The notes below the pieces were generated by a model. The model made no database searches and was not told where the DNA came from. It saw nothing but the letters and a program-made list of their open reading frames with translations. DNA of 64,000 nt. Origin: Phoronis australis (lineage: Eukaryota; Animalia; Phoronida). Made by a program: the position numbers and the translations under genes. The stretch is taken from NCBI GenBank assembly GCA_002633005.1, contig NMRA01000192.1:409140-473139 (forward strand). The letters are read 5' to 3'. Of the stretch, positions 13,287-27,400 are shown piece after piece; position 1 is the first letter of the stretch; each line of letters starts with the position of its first letter.

Positions 13287-14531
13287 CAAAGTACAACGAC
13301 ACATACATTGACATCTATAGGTTTTTGTGTGTTAAACCAGTAGTAATGAAGGTGAATTACTAATAAAACCTCACAAAACATAAAACATTAAACTATTTAT
13401 TAGAATTAATCTGACAGTTAATTCGAAAACGGATGGCGGCGGACATTCTAATCTAGCATATTGAACTTTAAAATTATATGTCAAAACAAACTCCGTCGTT
13501 TTCACCATTTCCTATCTATTTTAGTAGAAAAAAATCATTTTATTGTCGATTCCCCATGGTGCGCAGTGCAAACATTGACTAGTTTGTAGGAGCTGTAATG
13601 ACAACCGATTATTGTTTATTCCTTTAGAAAGTTAAGGTCAGGATGTCAACGTACATGAAAACTCAAAAAGATTTTAACCATTAAAGACTGCGACCTATAA
13701 TCGCTTTTACATTTAGAAAGTGTGGTTAAGGTCCGCGACTTGTTTCTTATCGGTTATTTTGGAAAATTACTCCCCTCCCCCCATCCAAATAGCCATTGTC
13801 AAACGAAGAATTTCTGACAAAACCATTGAACTGAGCCACCCTCTGTAAGCGGCTGGGCTGGCCTAGGGATTTCAAATGCGATTTCCGTATGTTTACGTAT
13901 ATATTATCTTTTGTGAAGTTTTAAAATATTTTCAATCATAATAATAATAATAATAATCTCATTGACCATGATTGTTGGTTGAGATGAAGTCACTTATGCT
14001 GGCCGTGACCGTTTATATCTTAAATCTAAGTTCGAAAGTCGTTGATGTAGACACTGGTTTAAGTAAAAATCAAGAAACAGGCTGATACTAAGAACTTACT
14101 AGTTTTATTTCAATCGAGTGAAGTAATAAAATCATTATGATAAAATTCCGCTCGCTTCTTTGCATAATTTACTATAAAGGGTGGATTGTGTTTCGCCAAG
14201 GTTTTTTTTTTCATTAAGAAAGATGTGTCAAGGTTTGACGTCAATTCCGGTTTCGTCAGCAGAGACCTCTATATGAGATATTCAGAACCAACGATAACTG
14301 CCACGAAGCTTGCAAAAACAAAGCACAAGGTAGGAGTGCGGGAAGAAAGTTTGTGACTTTGTGAGCCGGCGAAGCATAACAGGCTATAGGACATGTTTTA
14401 GAGAGTCCTTTGTCAATGTTTGCCATGCATAACCGAGCCGTTTGTGAGTTCAGGCTTAAAAGTTTGTGGATGAGTTACACTGTAACTGCTTAACTGTGTT
14501 AACCCGGCGTTGCCATGAACCATATTGGATA

Positions 14532-14765
14532 CATGCGCGCATTCAGCCTTTAATATGGGGGGCTCGCATTTCCTACGATGTGGACCTTTTACCGACAAAA
14601 AAAACCCGAAGGACTAAAAAAAAGGGGGACCACGTCCAGGGCTGTGAACTGAGCGTTTGCACCTTTTTAGTGGTCTTTTGTCTCGTTTTCTCGGACTTTT
14701 TTGTTTCACTTCGCCAAATGGGGGGCTCGTTCGAGCCCCCCGAGTCTCCCCTGGGTGCGCACATG
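14532..14765. mobile_element. MITE family C (CATGCGCGCA-type terminal inverted repeats)
   Basis: Ends CATGCGCGCATTCAG ... CTGGGTGCGCACATG. Related copies at 32050-32285 and, inverted, at 43948-44095. Confidence 0.65.
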
Positions 14766-17700
14766 TTATAAGTTATAAGCGAGGAACTATGAAGTGCGCC
14801 ATCTGATATCCTTAGCATTTGATTGTAGACCCGTAGGCGGATTTAGGGGGTGTACACAACAAAATGTCGTCGGCATGCTGTCTACTCTCAGCTAAAAAAA
14901 TGCCATTTAACCGTTTGTCTGCTGCTAAATTTGTTGTGTGATCATTTGCGTCGGGTTTCAAGGTCCCGATTCATAGCGTCACCGAACCATTGGCCTTTTT
15001 TCGCCGAGACTTCAACATAGAACTCTAATGAGCCCTGGAATGCCAACTTTAGCACGTAACCTATGTATTCTATTATTAAAGCTTGCGACCTCAACACTAA
15101 GCCACGAGAGTGCACTGAGAATTTCCGACTGCCTGCGTGACAGCCTCGTCCCCAAGCCTCAATATGCGCTGATCGGTTTAGCCATTTGAGGCATAGTTAT
15201 GGGAAATGAAATGTTTCAGAATTCTGACACATTTTTACGGAAAACGCCGAAATATCACAAGTAATATAACTTTGAAATTTTCTACAGTATAAATTATTGC
15301 AAAAATGATGTACTTTGATTCCAAAAAGAATGAAAATACGTACGCCAACTTACGAAAAATTACTTAATATTACTTATCTAAGTGCGTGTGTTTATGTACC
15401 TGCGTGTGTGCGTGTGTCTGTGTGTTATTACTGTTTTCAGTTGTTTCTATAATAATTCATTTGTGAAATGATACCGTTTTTGTTAATTCAGTCGATTTCT
15501 GAGATGTGTGCCTACAGTTATCTGTAGTATTTACCTATATCCGTGAAATAAAATTCAAAAAAATAAAAAGTCTACCTTGTAAAATAATCCAATACAGTAC
15601 TTCGTGTTGCTGACAGCGTATTTACCAATTGTCCCGCTCTCGGCGGACTATCCCACTTTTTATTTTTCCCGCCATTCCGCCACACCATTTAAATATCCCG
15701 CTTTTTGACACGCGGTCAAATTGATATATTATCACATTGTAATTTCCCACACGACATAGCCATATTTTTTCCCTCGATTAGAAAGAAAGAACGTGGCGTT
15801 TCATGTTTTTCCGGCACATGCAATTCCCGATTCAACTATAAAAAAAACAACAACAAAAAACGCTGCCCGTACGTTTTTGTGTGTTGCAGCAAACATTTCA
15901 CACTTACGGTTTGACTTAAACACAGATATCCCACTTTTTATTCGGAAGTTCTGCTTTTCAATCCAGTTATTCCGTTTTTTCGTTCTTAGATATTGACCGA
16001 AAACTGTGCAGCAGGTGTTCAAAGTAACATTGTCTCTTTTTATGTATATTGTTATTTTCCAAAGTCCACTTTCTTTAGTAGTATAAGAATCGTAAAATGC
16101 GTTCCAACATATCTTGCTTGTGGGATCACTAACTTTTACTTTCTGAAGAAAAAAGATATTTCTAAACTTTTGAAGAAAGTCCTTCAGCGCAAGCAATGTG
16201 ATAGATGTTTCCCCAATTTTCAGCTTTCAGAAGACCCTTGTTTTCAAATTTCTGATAGATACCTGGAGTTTTATAACATTTTTCGTAAATGCCACTGCAT
16301 CCTGAACTTTTACTGAATAATATAATTGTATTCAACGGCACCAACGGTCAAATTAATTATAACATTTAAATATGTATTATTTTGAACGAATGCCTGACTA
16401 AATTATCCACAGCAATTGTGAGGGGTCCATGATGTTCTAAAGCCTTTGCATGTTTTTATAGGGTAGAAATCTTTTCAATCATTGAAATCATTTCCCTCAT
16501 GGCTTAACTTGATCATTTATTTAACCTCTCTGGTTCATTTTCTTTGTGCGTTACTATTACACGCTGTTATTTTTCACCTTTTGGTAACACTCTTGGTTTT
16601 TGAATACACATATAGTTTAATCCAGTCAGGTATGCGAAATGATAATTACTTATCAGTGAATTAAAGTGTTTATATTTTGATTATGGTATAATAATCAAGA
16701 ACTGTAAAAGGGCTAATAATGATATGGCTCTTGGGCAATTCAGTTGAAGAACTGCGGAGTTGCGAAAAGTTTTATAGGCAGTAAATTCTCTACCAAATAC
16801 ATGTACATGTACACACACCTGAACAAACGATTACAAACAAATCTCACGCATGCGTGGCTCAACCTCAGCGGCCTCCAGATCGGAGTCGGCATTCGGCGGC
16901 TAGAGTTCTACATGTACATGTTAGCTACTGTAGAATTAAAGAAGTAATGACACTTTCACAACAAATACCCAGGTATGTATGTAGTTGAGGAGGTCTAAAT
17001 TTATAGGCGAATGAAAGTTGTATTTATTGGGGGCCAAAATGTTTGGGTGCTGAAGTACACATAATTAGTCGATGAGGGAGGATATTACAGTCCCCCTCTG
17101 GCTTCTGCTCAGTCGTACATTTGCAGCTTCCCCGTAGTCAACCCTTGTTTTGCTGTTTTTACATCGGGTTTCTTAAACATCAATTTTTGTAAGCTTTTCC
17201 CGTGTTTCATTCACGTGTTAATTGCATTTTGAACAATTAGGAAGACTTTGACTTATCTACCTGCCCTAACTGGATACACTTCATGACCGTCCTGATTGGC
17301 ATCATCTGTCGCTGTCAGCTCCAACTTTACGTGTCTCAGATAAAATGCTAAATAATTTCTATGCATATTGTTAACAGAGAAAACATTTCAATTTTTATGT
17401 GCCGATACATGCGTGCGCACGTCAAATGAACGTTAATTTTCCAGAAGAAAAAATAATCATTTTACTGAGAATTCCACGGTGAAGGGTGTATTTGCTTGAA
17501 TTGCTGCCGAACGAACCGACAACTAGTCACAGGCTATGCGTAGGCTACGCGCTCCATTTTGGTGATGATTAAGACCGATAACCTCTGAAGTATTTTCTTC
17601 ATTCCTGGTGTGTGCTCTGGTAACGGAAATCATGGTGAGGAATATTGTGATACCGAATTCGTTAGCTTAAGTGATTTAATTTCATTTTCCTCTCTGGTTT

Positions 17701-19849
17701 AGTGACACAAAAACTCGAGCTCATATACCGTGTTATTAGGCAGTGAGTGTTTGAGAGCTGAAAACTGTGTGTTAGTGCGCAACCGTGTTCCATGAGTCTG
17801 GCGGAGCCGTTTTAGTGAGTCAGTCAAGTTGATCAGGTCCGACGGCCGTGTTGATTCACACCCCTCTGCCAGTGCACTATCGTCGACACCCTACCCTGAG
17901 GGAGAACAGATACGTAAAAATGAAATATCGCCGATCTTACTGCAACAGAAGCACCTCTTGTCCCAAAGGTTATTAAGTACCTGGATTATCGTGTGTGAAG
18001 TGCACATTTGCGTTTATCATGTCAGTAGTCAAAAAGTGCTCTGGTCGTTCGAAGGTTTCACTGGCGACATCTATTGGTCATTCCGACTACCAGTGTGCTT
18101 GAATGAAGCTGACTACAGATGGTGATGAGTTACTTACCAACCTGACTACTGCTGTGTCACCTAATACATGTAGTTGTAATTTTAGTTTGCATATTTTTTG
18201 TGTATCTTCTGAGATCAATGATGGAATTTTGCGAAATTTGTAGAAATAGGCCGCTATTAAGGATACGACGATGTCTTTCCATTTTTGGACGGAGTCGTCT
18301 TATTCTGCACCACATTGTCGTCAGTGTATTATTTTGAGTTCGTATTTTGGTGTTCGCGGCTTTGTCTGCCAAACCACTCGAAGGGTAATTGTGAAACTTA
18401 GCAGTTGTGTTTTTGATGAGAAGACGGTAGCTGACATTAATTTTTGGACGCGTCTGACAATTGTGGCGCACCGTGGTGATGACTCTGTCAACTTAATCTT
18501 TTGCAGGTTCCCTGTGAAGTTTTGCTTTTTTGGTTTTGCTACAAAGGTGACAACGGCTGCCCATGACTTTTGGACGGCTCTGTCTCCCACTGTACCCCTA
18601 GTGGCAATTTGCGTTTCACGTTTGCATCTGAATATTCAGAATTCCTCAATGTTTTTTCATGAAATTTGGAAACAGGTTCTATTTTGAAGACAACAGCATC
18701 TTTTCCTTTTGAAATGGATTCGACGTATTCTTAGATTGACGGATCTGACAACCGTTGTGTCTCGAAATGGCTTTTTTCACGTTGGCTTCGTCATATTTGG
18801 AGCTCCTTGACGGGTTTTTATGAAATTTGGTAAATCGTTTGCAATAAAGAGACGACGTTGCTTTACCACGGGGCGGGCTCGACCTATTGACGCATATTCT
18901 GGCGCCATCTGATGGCCATTGATGCTGTGCGTGAACTTGGAATTGAATATTATTTAAGGCAAAAAAGGTGAAATTTTTGTTCGGTGAAAAGAATTTTTGT
19001 AATTATTGGCCTCGCGATCAACCATTTTCTCTTTTACCGTAACTTGTGTCGCTGAACTGGATGAATATGTGAATGGCTAAATCGATTATTTTTGTTCGGT
19101 GAAACTGATCGCCCGTAGTTGAAAAAGTTGGTTAAAATTGACATTATCTTATTCAATTGTAATTTGAATAAGTGCAGTTTAAATTTTTATGAACATTAAC
19201 GTGATTATTTGAGTGAAGTTGTCAAGTTGCCTTGCGTATTCGAAGTTCACGCAACACTCACTTCTGCTTAATCTTGAGATTAAGCAGGATTCCAAGTTCA
19301 CGTACAGCAAGGACACCGTTTGAGGCACAGTCCTGAGCGCATTTTAACGTTAAGCGTTGCCCTTATTTGACTGAACGTTTGTTTTTGTACGCGTGAGAAT
19401 GGTGTTGATGATTACGAACGGGGTTACAGTATTCCTCCAATGATGCGCTTTTTGTACGTTCAGCCTAAAATTAATTTGCGGAGATAACGCATCGTAGTTG
19501 AGTTATTTGAATTAAGGGGACATCACCTGTTTACGGTTGCGAAGGTTATGATATGAGATTATTGTTGTGTGGTGAATCTTTGTAGTCATTAGCTTTCACT
19601 AGAGCTACAAAATAATAAATCCGTTGTTTTTGTGTTTTTACAAATCGCCAAATCTCCCGTTATATGGCAAACAGTTACAGAAATCAAGACCGGTGACTTA
19701 ACGTGTTAAATACGCTTAAATACTGTGTTATTTATCACTTGGGATTTGATTCCGTAAGCAAATACTTTGGCTGCGACTGTCAAGATTCCAGCTTCGAATA
19801 CGCGCTGGGGCTGACGTCATAAAATCACTTTTCTTTTGGATAATGTAAT

Positions 19850-19855
19850 TTTAAT
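19850..19855 (-). terminator. Candidate TRAF polyadenylation signal (ATTAAA)
   Basis: ATTAAA about 1.25 kb downstream of the stop, followed by a GT/T-rich stretch. Weak evidence in AT-rich DNA. Confidence 0.2.
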
Positions 19856-21111
19856 GTGCAGTTGCTGTTTTGGGATTCCACACAAGGTCATAAAATAAAA
19901 GTGCCATCTATTGCCATGGAGACATTTTAACAAGATATGCATGTAGATATGCCTTTGGCGTAAAATAAGCAGATGTATGTTAATTCTTACAAGACCAAGA
20001 TTGATTCTCACGACGAGTTTACAGGTATCCCTTACCCATATGACAGGCACACGTCTCAAACATCATTTTGCCAATAAGCTGTGTCTAGACAGTTCAAGTT
20101 TCACCAGGGATAATTCATCCCCAGCCAGCCATTGCACCCATGCCTGCCACGTATTAAGCAGAAATGGAGAAAGTCCGCGCTCTGTGCCATTGTTATCGCG
20201 GAAACAAAATTGCGCACGCGCGTAGCCTGGCGACAGTTACTTCCGTCTTAGCGCATGGGCAAGCGCGCTGCGGTAAGTTAATTGGGCTCACATAATATTA
20301 CTCGGAAGTGGCGGGTCAAAAGTTTCTACACGGGCGTCAAGTTTCACCAGTTGTGCCCAGTGATGTCTTTACTACTGGGCCGCTTTCCGTCTTGAAATAA
20401 CTTGTGGGTTCGTGCGCCTGTGCTGGGTCTCATATATAATGCACGATTACGTTACGTCGACAAATATTACTAAACGGTGCTTGTGCTGCACTAACATATC
20501 ATTATACATGGACCAGCCACATCTATAAATAAATGTAAATATAAACAAAATAGACAATTAAATATAGGGAAAAATAGACTTAACAGTTATCGTAACCCAA
20601 GGACAGTGAACACTAGTTCTGCGTCATTAGAACCGAGTATCGTCCATCCGAGGGGTCATCGTCCAAATCGAACAATAACTCCCAGGTATTGGATAAATAA
20701 GTGTTAACAGAGCGTTATTCTGACAAATTTGTGCAAGCGAGTTTCTTTAGCCATCAAAACTGAATCATGGACGCGTCCAACTCAGTCGCCCCAGGGTGAC
20801 GCTAAAAACGTAATGTCAATGGGATTCAGGCGATGTCAGCTTCGTAATGTTCGTTTTGGGTAGATTGACGTCATCTAAAATTAAAAGACTTGTTTCTTCC
20901 TCAACACAAGATGGAGAGGCTCACTGACACATAGTCACGCTACGTAAGCCAGGCGACATCAGACTTGTTCGGAGGTTGTTTCATGAACAGAGTTCGGTTG
21001 CAATATAGGCGTACTGCCTCCTGGTGACGAAATGTAGAAGCAAGTTCCAGCAAATGCTGTCTTAGATCACACACATTTTACAAAGGCACTGAGTCCGTAA
21101 TAATTATCAAT

Positions 21112-21440
21112 TTATAACATGATCATATCTTCGCTGTCAATGTCAACTTTTATGTACATTGTGTCATCTCGGATGTAGTCGAGCGTGTTCAAAATGCCGA
21201 GCTCGCAGAATCGCGCGGCCCCGAAACTTGCATTACGCTCTCCGACTGGACGCCCAAGAAATTGTTTGTTTTCCTTGCAGGTATTGGGTTTCATGCTGTA
21301 GGTGACATTTCTTCTCGCGGAAGGATCTTGACACTGGTCGATCAGGGTGAACGTGATGCGGTGACAAAATGGCCATAGCAACAAAGGGTCGTATTCTCCG
21401 CGACAAATGCACACGAACAGTGACATGTACTTCCCGCGAG
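21112..21440 (-). CDS. TRAF: TRAF coding exon 7 (C-terminal MATH domain and stop)
   Basis: Acceptor ttgttatttccag|, encodes ARGKYMSLFVCICRGEYDPLLLWPFCHRITFTLIDQ...YIRDDTMYIKVDIDSEDMIML*. Confidence 0.95.
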
Positions 21441-24400
21441 CTGGAAATAACAAGATGGCAAGTCTTAAAATTTACAACAATGTGATCGTTGAAATGCTTT
21501 ATGACATGAAACACAACATTTTGTTGCAAACAAACTTTTTGCAATAGTATTTTTCATGCTTTCTTGATGCTTACAATGCATTTGACCGACTGAATCATGT
21601 CAAATTGTTAAAGAAACTCATTAGTAGAAATTTGCCATGCTTTATTGTTTTAATCTTAATTGGTAAATCGAACAACAATTCTGATTGTGTTGGGGACGTG
21701 TTTTTTCAATATTTCTCAAAGCTTCACCTGGCGTACGACAAGGTCGTCCACTATCGCGCTACCTTTTCAATGTCGACATGGATGGACGTAGCTCACGCAT
21801 CTTTGAATGCCTATAAAATTGACTGTGTAGTATCTAATTGGTAAATAAATAATTTTAAGCGTGCCGATGGTCTGTTTCTGGTGTCACTCTCAGTTGCTGG
21901 AATTTGTAAACTTCTTGCAGCATCATGCGAACAGTACATGGCTTACAGCATGACGTCATGTATAATTCTACCAGCAGTGCTGTCATGTGTTTTAAACCTA
22001 CATTGTTAGTTATTTTTTTATTTCTAGGCTTAATTTCTACCTGAATAGTAAACCTTTAAAGGTTGAAAAAGAGAATTTTTTTTGGGTCACATCATAACTA
22101 GTTCCTTGACGGATGACTCTGACATCTTACGACAACGGAGAAAACCAACTCTCTGATTAGAAAATTCCATATGTGTAATTTCACTGTCAAAATTCATGTT
22201 TCCGCCTTTCTTTATCCCAATGTATACCGCCTACCTGTGGTGGAATTTCATTTGTGTTACTTTCAGTATGTTTAATACTCCCATATCATAGTGTGTTTAA
22301 GCGTTTTCTAGTACTGTGTTAATGATTTTTTGATTTTAAGTACTGTAAACGGACTCTACAAAAACTTATTTAAATCCCTTCCGCGTGGCTCTTCTAATCT
22401 CACTTTTTGTGATGTAAATGAATTCCATGCTTGCCGTAGTTATAGTAGTTCTGCAGTTTGTAGTTATTGTATGAGTTTGGCAGCTTTTGTTATGTGCAAC
22501 ACATCACATTTAATATCATATCACTTTGACACTTACCCACATTGCATAAAATACGTAAAAATTAACGCCCCTCGGGCGATAATTCAACAAAATCCACCGG
22601 GCTCTAGATAACGGGGAATAACGACTGAGAACATGTAATAATCTATTTATACCACATACTGAACGAGAAACAATGCAATGAATCGATCTACCTTTCTCGA
22701 CTCGCCTCGGCTTTGTAACTACATGTACTTTCTATGTCAGAGGCCCGGGGTCGGAGGTCGTGACTTTTTAAGAAAAGCCGAGCTATTTTTGTCAAATATT
22801 GCTTTTACTCAAAACCAATTGAAAAATAAAACAAAATAGAAATAAAATGAATCTATGAATTAAGGTTTAGCAACTATTATAGCTTACTACACATTTTATC
22901 ACGCTAAGCTTCGACCGGGAAAATGTCGTCTGCTAAAGTAGGTTACCACTAGTAACTGACTATAATGCTAAAGTCAAAGGATCCCGACGACACGATACCC
23001 GCACTCAAATTGGAGATCGATGATTTACAAGTGAGAGAATACGAGAGAAAAATTTCTCTGAATTAATTTTATGGAAATTATGCGTCTTATTTTTCATAGC
23101 GTATAAACGTCGGTGCAATGCCCTTTTTTGAACAAGCGATTGTTGCGCGTGCTTATTTAAGTATTCTATTTTCACGTTCGATGACGTCAGCCTCTGTGTA
23201 GTGGTAAAGTCGGCCACTCGAATCTCTTGAGGCCCGGGTTCGAATCCGGCCTCGGTTTCCCGCCAAAATGTTTTCTCACAAGTGATTGATTTATACCACA
23301 ATATTAGCCTCGAATGGCAGATACAACTCTGTAATAACCCATAAAGTTATCTCACTAGTGGGATAACATTTTGCGGGAAACCGAGGCAGGATTCGAACCC
23401 GCGCCTCAAGAGTTTCGAGTCACCGACTTTGGCACTACACCACTCAGCGGCTGACGTCATCGAACGTGAAAATAGAATACTTAAATGAGCACGCGCAACA
23501 ATCTCATGTTCAGCAAAGGGCATTTCACTGACATTTATACGCTATGAAAAATAAGACGCATAATTTCCATAAAAACGATATTTTAATTCAGTGAATTTTT
23601 TCTCTCGTGTTCTCTCACTTGTAAATCACCGATCTCCAATTTGAATGCGGGTATCGTGTCGTCGAAATCCTTTGACTTGAGCATTGTAGTCAGTTACTAG
23701 TGGTAACCTACTTTAGCAGACAATATTTTCCCGGTCGAAGCTTAGCGTGATAAAATATGTAGTAAGCTATAATAGTTGCTTGGCCTTAATTTATAGATTC
23801 ACTTTATTCTATGTTGTTTAAATTTTCAATTGCTTTTGAGTATAAGCATTATTTGACAAAAATAGCTCGGCTTTTCATAAAAGTTCATGACCTCCGACCC
23901 TCTGACATAGAAAGTAGTTACAAAGCCGAGGCGAGTCGAGAAAGGTAGATCGATTCATTGCAATGTTTCTCGTTCAGTATGTGGTATAAATAGATTATTA
24001 CATGCTCTCAGTCGTTATCCCCCTTATCTAGAACCCTCGTGGATTTTGGAGAATTATTACCCTCGGGGTTAACGCCCCTCGGGTGATAATTCTCCAAAAT
24101 CAACTCGGGCTCTAGATAACGGGGGATAACGACATCGCCATGTAATAATCTATATTTATCGCTCAGAGCAGCGAGACTGACACTTTCCGCCGTGTCACTT
24201 TCCGCCGTGCTAACTTACCTTTTCCTTCACCGTATAGGCAACAAGACAGCGCCAACTTGTAACCATGGCGACTGGTCAAAAATGGCGGACTAAACACGGT
24301 CGGTTTCTTGCCTGCCTTCGCCTCATTAAGTTTGTCCTCGTAATGGTCTATCTTCCAGACCAGTTGTGAACCGTATAATTTCTCCAGAGTTGTCATTCTA

Positions 24401-27400
24401 GTCTCACCTTCATAGCAAGGACAGTAATAAACAGCAAGTACAAAATCATTTGTTATTACATATGACGTCCACTCTTAAAAAAATACAGCGACTGGGAAAA
24501 CCCTGTTCATCAGTATTGTGTCAGATTCACAACCTCGTGTACACCTGCTGTACTTTAGACGGTGGACTGATTTAGGTGTAGTGTGTCTGTGTACAGAACC
24601 TACACAAACAGTGGACATTTTAACAAATTTCTCATCTGAAGCATTATTATTTCTACTAAAAACACGATCCAAAGCTTATTTCACCTAAGCTTACATGGCT
24701 TCGCGGCAAAAATGCAAATTAGTTAATTGGTTTCGTTACGCACGTTAGATATTTAAATTGGTGCAGTCTATCAAATACCAACAAAAAGTTTGTACATGTA
24801 ATGAACTAGATCTTACCCTCAGCAATCCGCTCGTCGTGGTTTGTCAATTGTATTCCTGCCTTCTCCAGTTGTTCCTTGTTATTTTTCAAAGTCTCCATCA
24901 CTAAAGACAAATGCTCCTGCGTCTCATCGCGCACATGAATTTTCATTTCCTTCCGGTCGCACTTATGCTCACATCCCGCCTCGACAAAAGGACAGGGAAC
25001 TCTTTGCTTGGGACAATCATTCTCCATGTGGTTTTCGAGCTATCAATTAAACAAATCTTGTCAGCTTTTTATTAATAATTGAAATATCTATCCTTATCTT
25101 GTTAAAGGACTTGGCTGTTCACAATAATAGGGCCACGGTCGTGTATTTATACCAAGTGCCGCTAAACACACTCAAATTGGTCAGAATTTGCTAGTTTAGT
25201 TTGAGCTCAAGAAATTTCATTTGCCTCTTTTCAAATGTGGCGAGAGATTTAGACAATGTTTAGGTTCTCTTGCTTTAGTTTTTATTGCTATGAACGCTCA
25301 CTCGACGACTTCCAGGTAATGATGTATGTCATGTGAGGACATGCAGAATTACTATTTTAGATCGGGATTTTCAAAATATATGAACATTTTCACATTATAT
25401 TTCCCATATTTCTTACTGGCCTTGTTTCTCTTTTAGTATCAAGAATATCTGACTCTAACTAGATCTAGGTCCTAAGATAAGCGCTCCAAGACTTACCTCT
25501 TCTCGAGGAATCTCTTTCTTCTTACATCCATTTGGACAAGGCACTAGAAACTTGGGGCAGACGTTCAGATGTTCAATCTCTTCATCATGTTTGTAGATCG
25601 CCTGACAAAACTCGCACGTGATTTCCCGTTTGGCACAGTCTTCTGCCACGTGTTTCTTGACAAACTTCTTTTCAAATTCCAGACCGCAGCCTTGCGGACA
25701 TGCTACAGTGATGTATTTGCAGGTCTCGGTATGTTGCTGAGAGAAAAATATAAGGTTAATTGTTAGTTATGTAGGGCCTCTACATGTATGTGTGTGCGCT
25801 CGTGAATTAAGGTTCAACACTGTTTCCCAAAAGCCGCAAAGCAATCATTGTCTTACTGCATTGACTAACTTATAAAACATTTGAATGTGTTTTTGTCTTT
25901 TCAAATTACACATTATTTATTTGGTAAAGACCGTAATTTGCGTTGGGTTTTTGTTCCTTTAGCGTTTCACTTATTAGCGTGCTACATCATATTTCACAAT
26001 GACGTCATACTAAACAACAGTCGAATCCAAGCATAAATATTTACTGTAGGTGTGACTAATTCAAACGGTAATGTTGAATTTACTAATAAAGAAACTTATT
26101 GTCTTAGATTGTTCTCATCAAATAAACCTTTTCACAATCCCAAGAACATAATATCGCCACCTGGTGCAATTCAGCGGGGTAATCCATATATGGAAATTGG
26201 CTCATATTTGAGGTCAAATTGTGTGTTCTTATGTGTCGCTTCTTGAGCTAAGTAGGTTTTGTGTAGAAGTCAAAACGCTAAAATTTGAGGTACTCATAAT
26301 ACAGGGAAAACATTATTACGTCGACTTAAAAAAATTAGTAAACTGAGAAATACAAGTCAAGTCACTTCACATATAAAACTGACATCGTACAAGGAAATTA
26401 ATCCGCTTTCAAAGGATTTCACACGTTAATTTAATTAGAGGTGGCTTTTCAGTAACACATGCAAAGTCCACGTGTTTGCCAGAAGTGCCTTTGGAAAAAG
26501 TGATTCGGTGACCCCCCATTTTTGCAAAAAAATAAATTCAATGATAAACGAAAACTGTGTCAAACTCCTAAAAAGCGATGCACTTTGAAAGCTAAAAACA
26601 TGACTGTCTGAATCTGGGAAACGCAAAGCATTCAACGGAAACTAGATCTTTCATGACAGTTACATGCGCACTTGAACTCAGGTCTAACACGAGAGGGCGC
26701 GGTAGTACAGTGTTTTGGTCATCCGTTCTCCGACAGGAGTCGCCTACGTGTGTTCAGTTTTTGGAATGTTCTATTAAGAAGCTACAAAATAGTGTGATGT
26801 AATGCAAATTAGGATATATATTGTAAGGGGCGTTTGATTATCACGATATGAATACAAACAGTACTAACAACGCTGTTTTAAGCATGTTTCGCAAACTCCT
26901 GTCTAATCTGCCTAAGTAATCGAACGTAACTATTTTCTCTTTTCCACATTGCGCGGTAGTTGTTTAATGTTAAATCGATCCATTTAAAATCCATCTTGTT
27001 GAACATGTAAGGCATAGATGTTTCCTTGGTGATAATGGGTATGTAGTTCAACAGAAACGTTGATGTTGAGTATCGATGGAATGAGATGTTTTTACATACA
27101 TTTTTCATGTCGCGGATTCTATTGTGGACATAAACTCAGACACTGTGTTTCACCACATATATTTTTACATCGTTGTAGTCTGTCTCCACATTATCAGAGG
27201 TTTTTATCGTTTCAATTAAGATTAAGATTATGCTTTGCCCAATTACTTTACGCCAGATAGGAAATCGTTTGTTGTTTCGGACGAAGTTTTCACAAAGCCG
27301 ATTTATGGCAGGCCGGGTCACGATGAGCGTGATACGCGTCTAAACAAAGAAAGCGTTTGCATTACTAAAAAGAACGATTTTTTACAAACGTAGAAGTAAA

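Larger units (their letters stand above)
22562..24153. mobile_element. Large foldback (palindromic) non-autonomous element in TRAF intron 6
   Basis: 22562-23294 is the reverse complement of 23341-24072 (about 90% identity by eye, ~46-nt spacer). The right end carries its own ~165-bp palindrome (about 23990-24153, centred on GGGGTTAACGCCCC); only half of it is present at the left end. Confidence 0.9.

Noticed and set aside
12998-13381. Poly-V, poly-N and poly-C ORFs
   Set aside because: All three arise from the (GTT)n repeat.
17829-18687. Cluster of overlapping 89-138 aa ORFs on both strands
   Set aside because: No recognisable domain; more likely non-coding repeat interior.
23190-23451. Functional tRNA genes
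   Set aside because: Anticodon and D stems do not pair and the long serine variable arm is missing, so they are called tRNA-derived instead.
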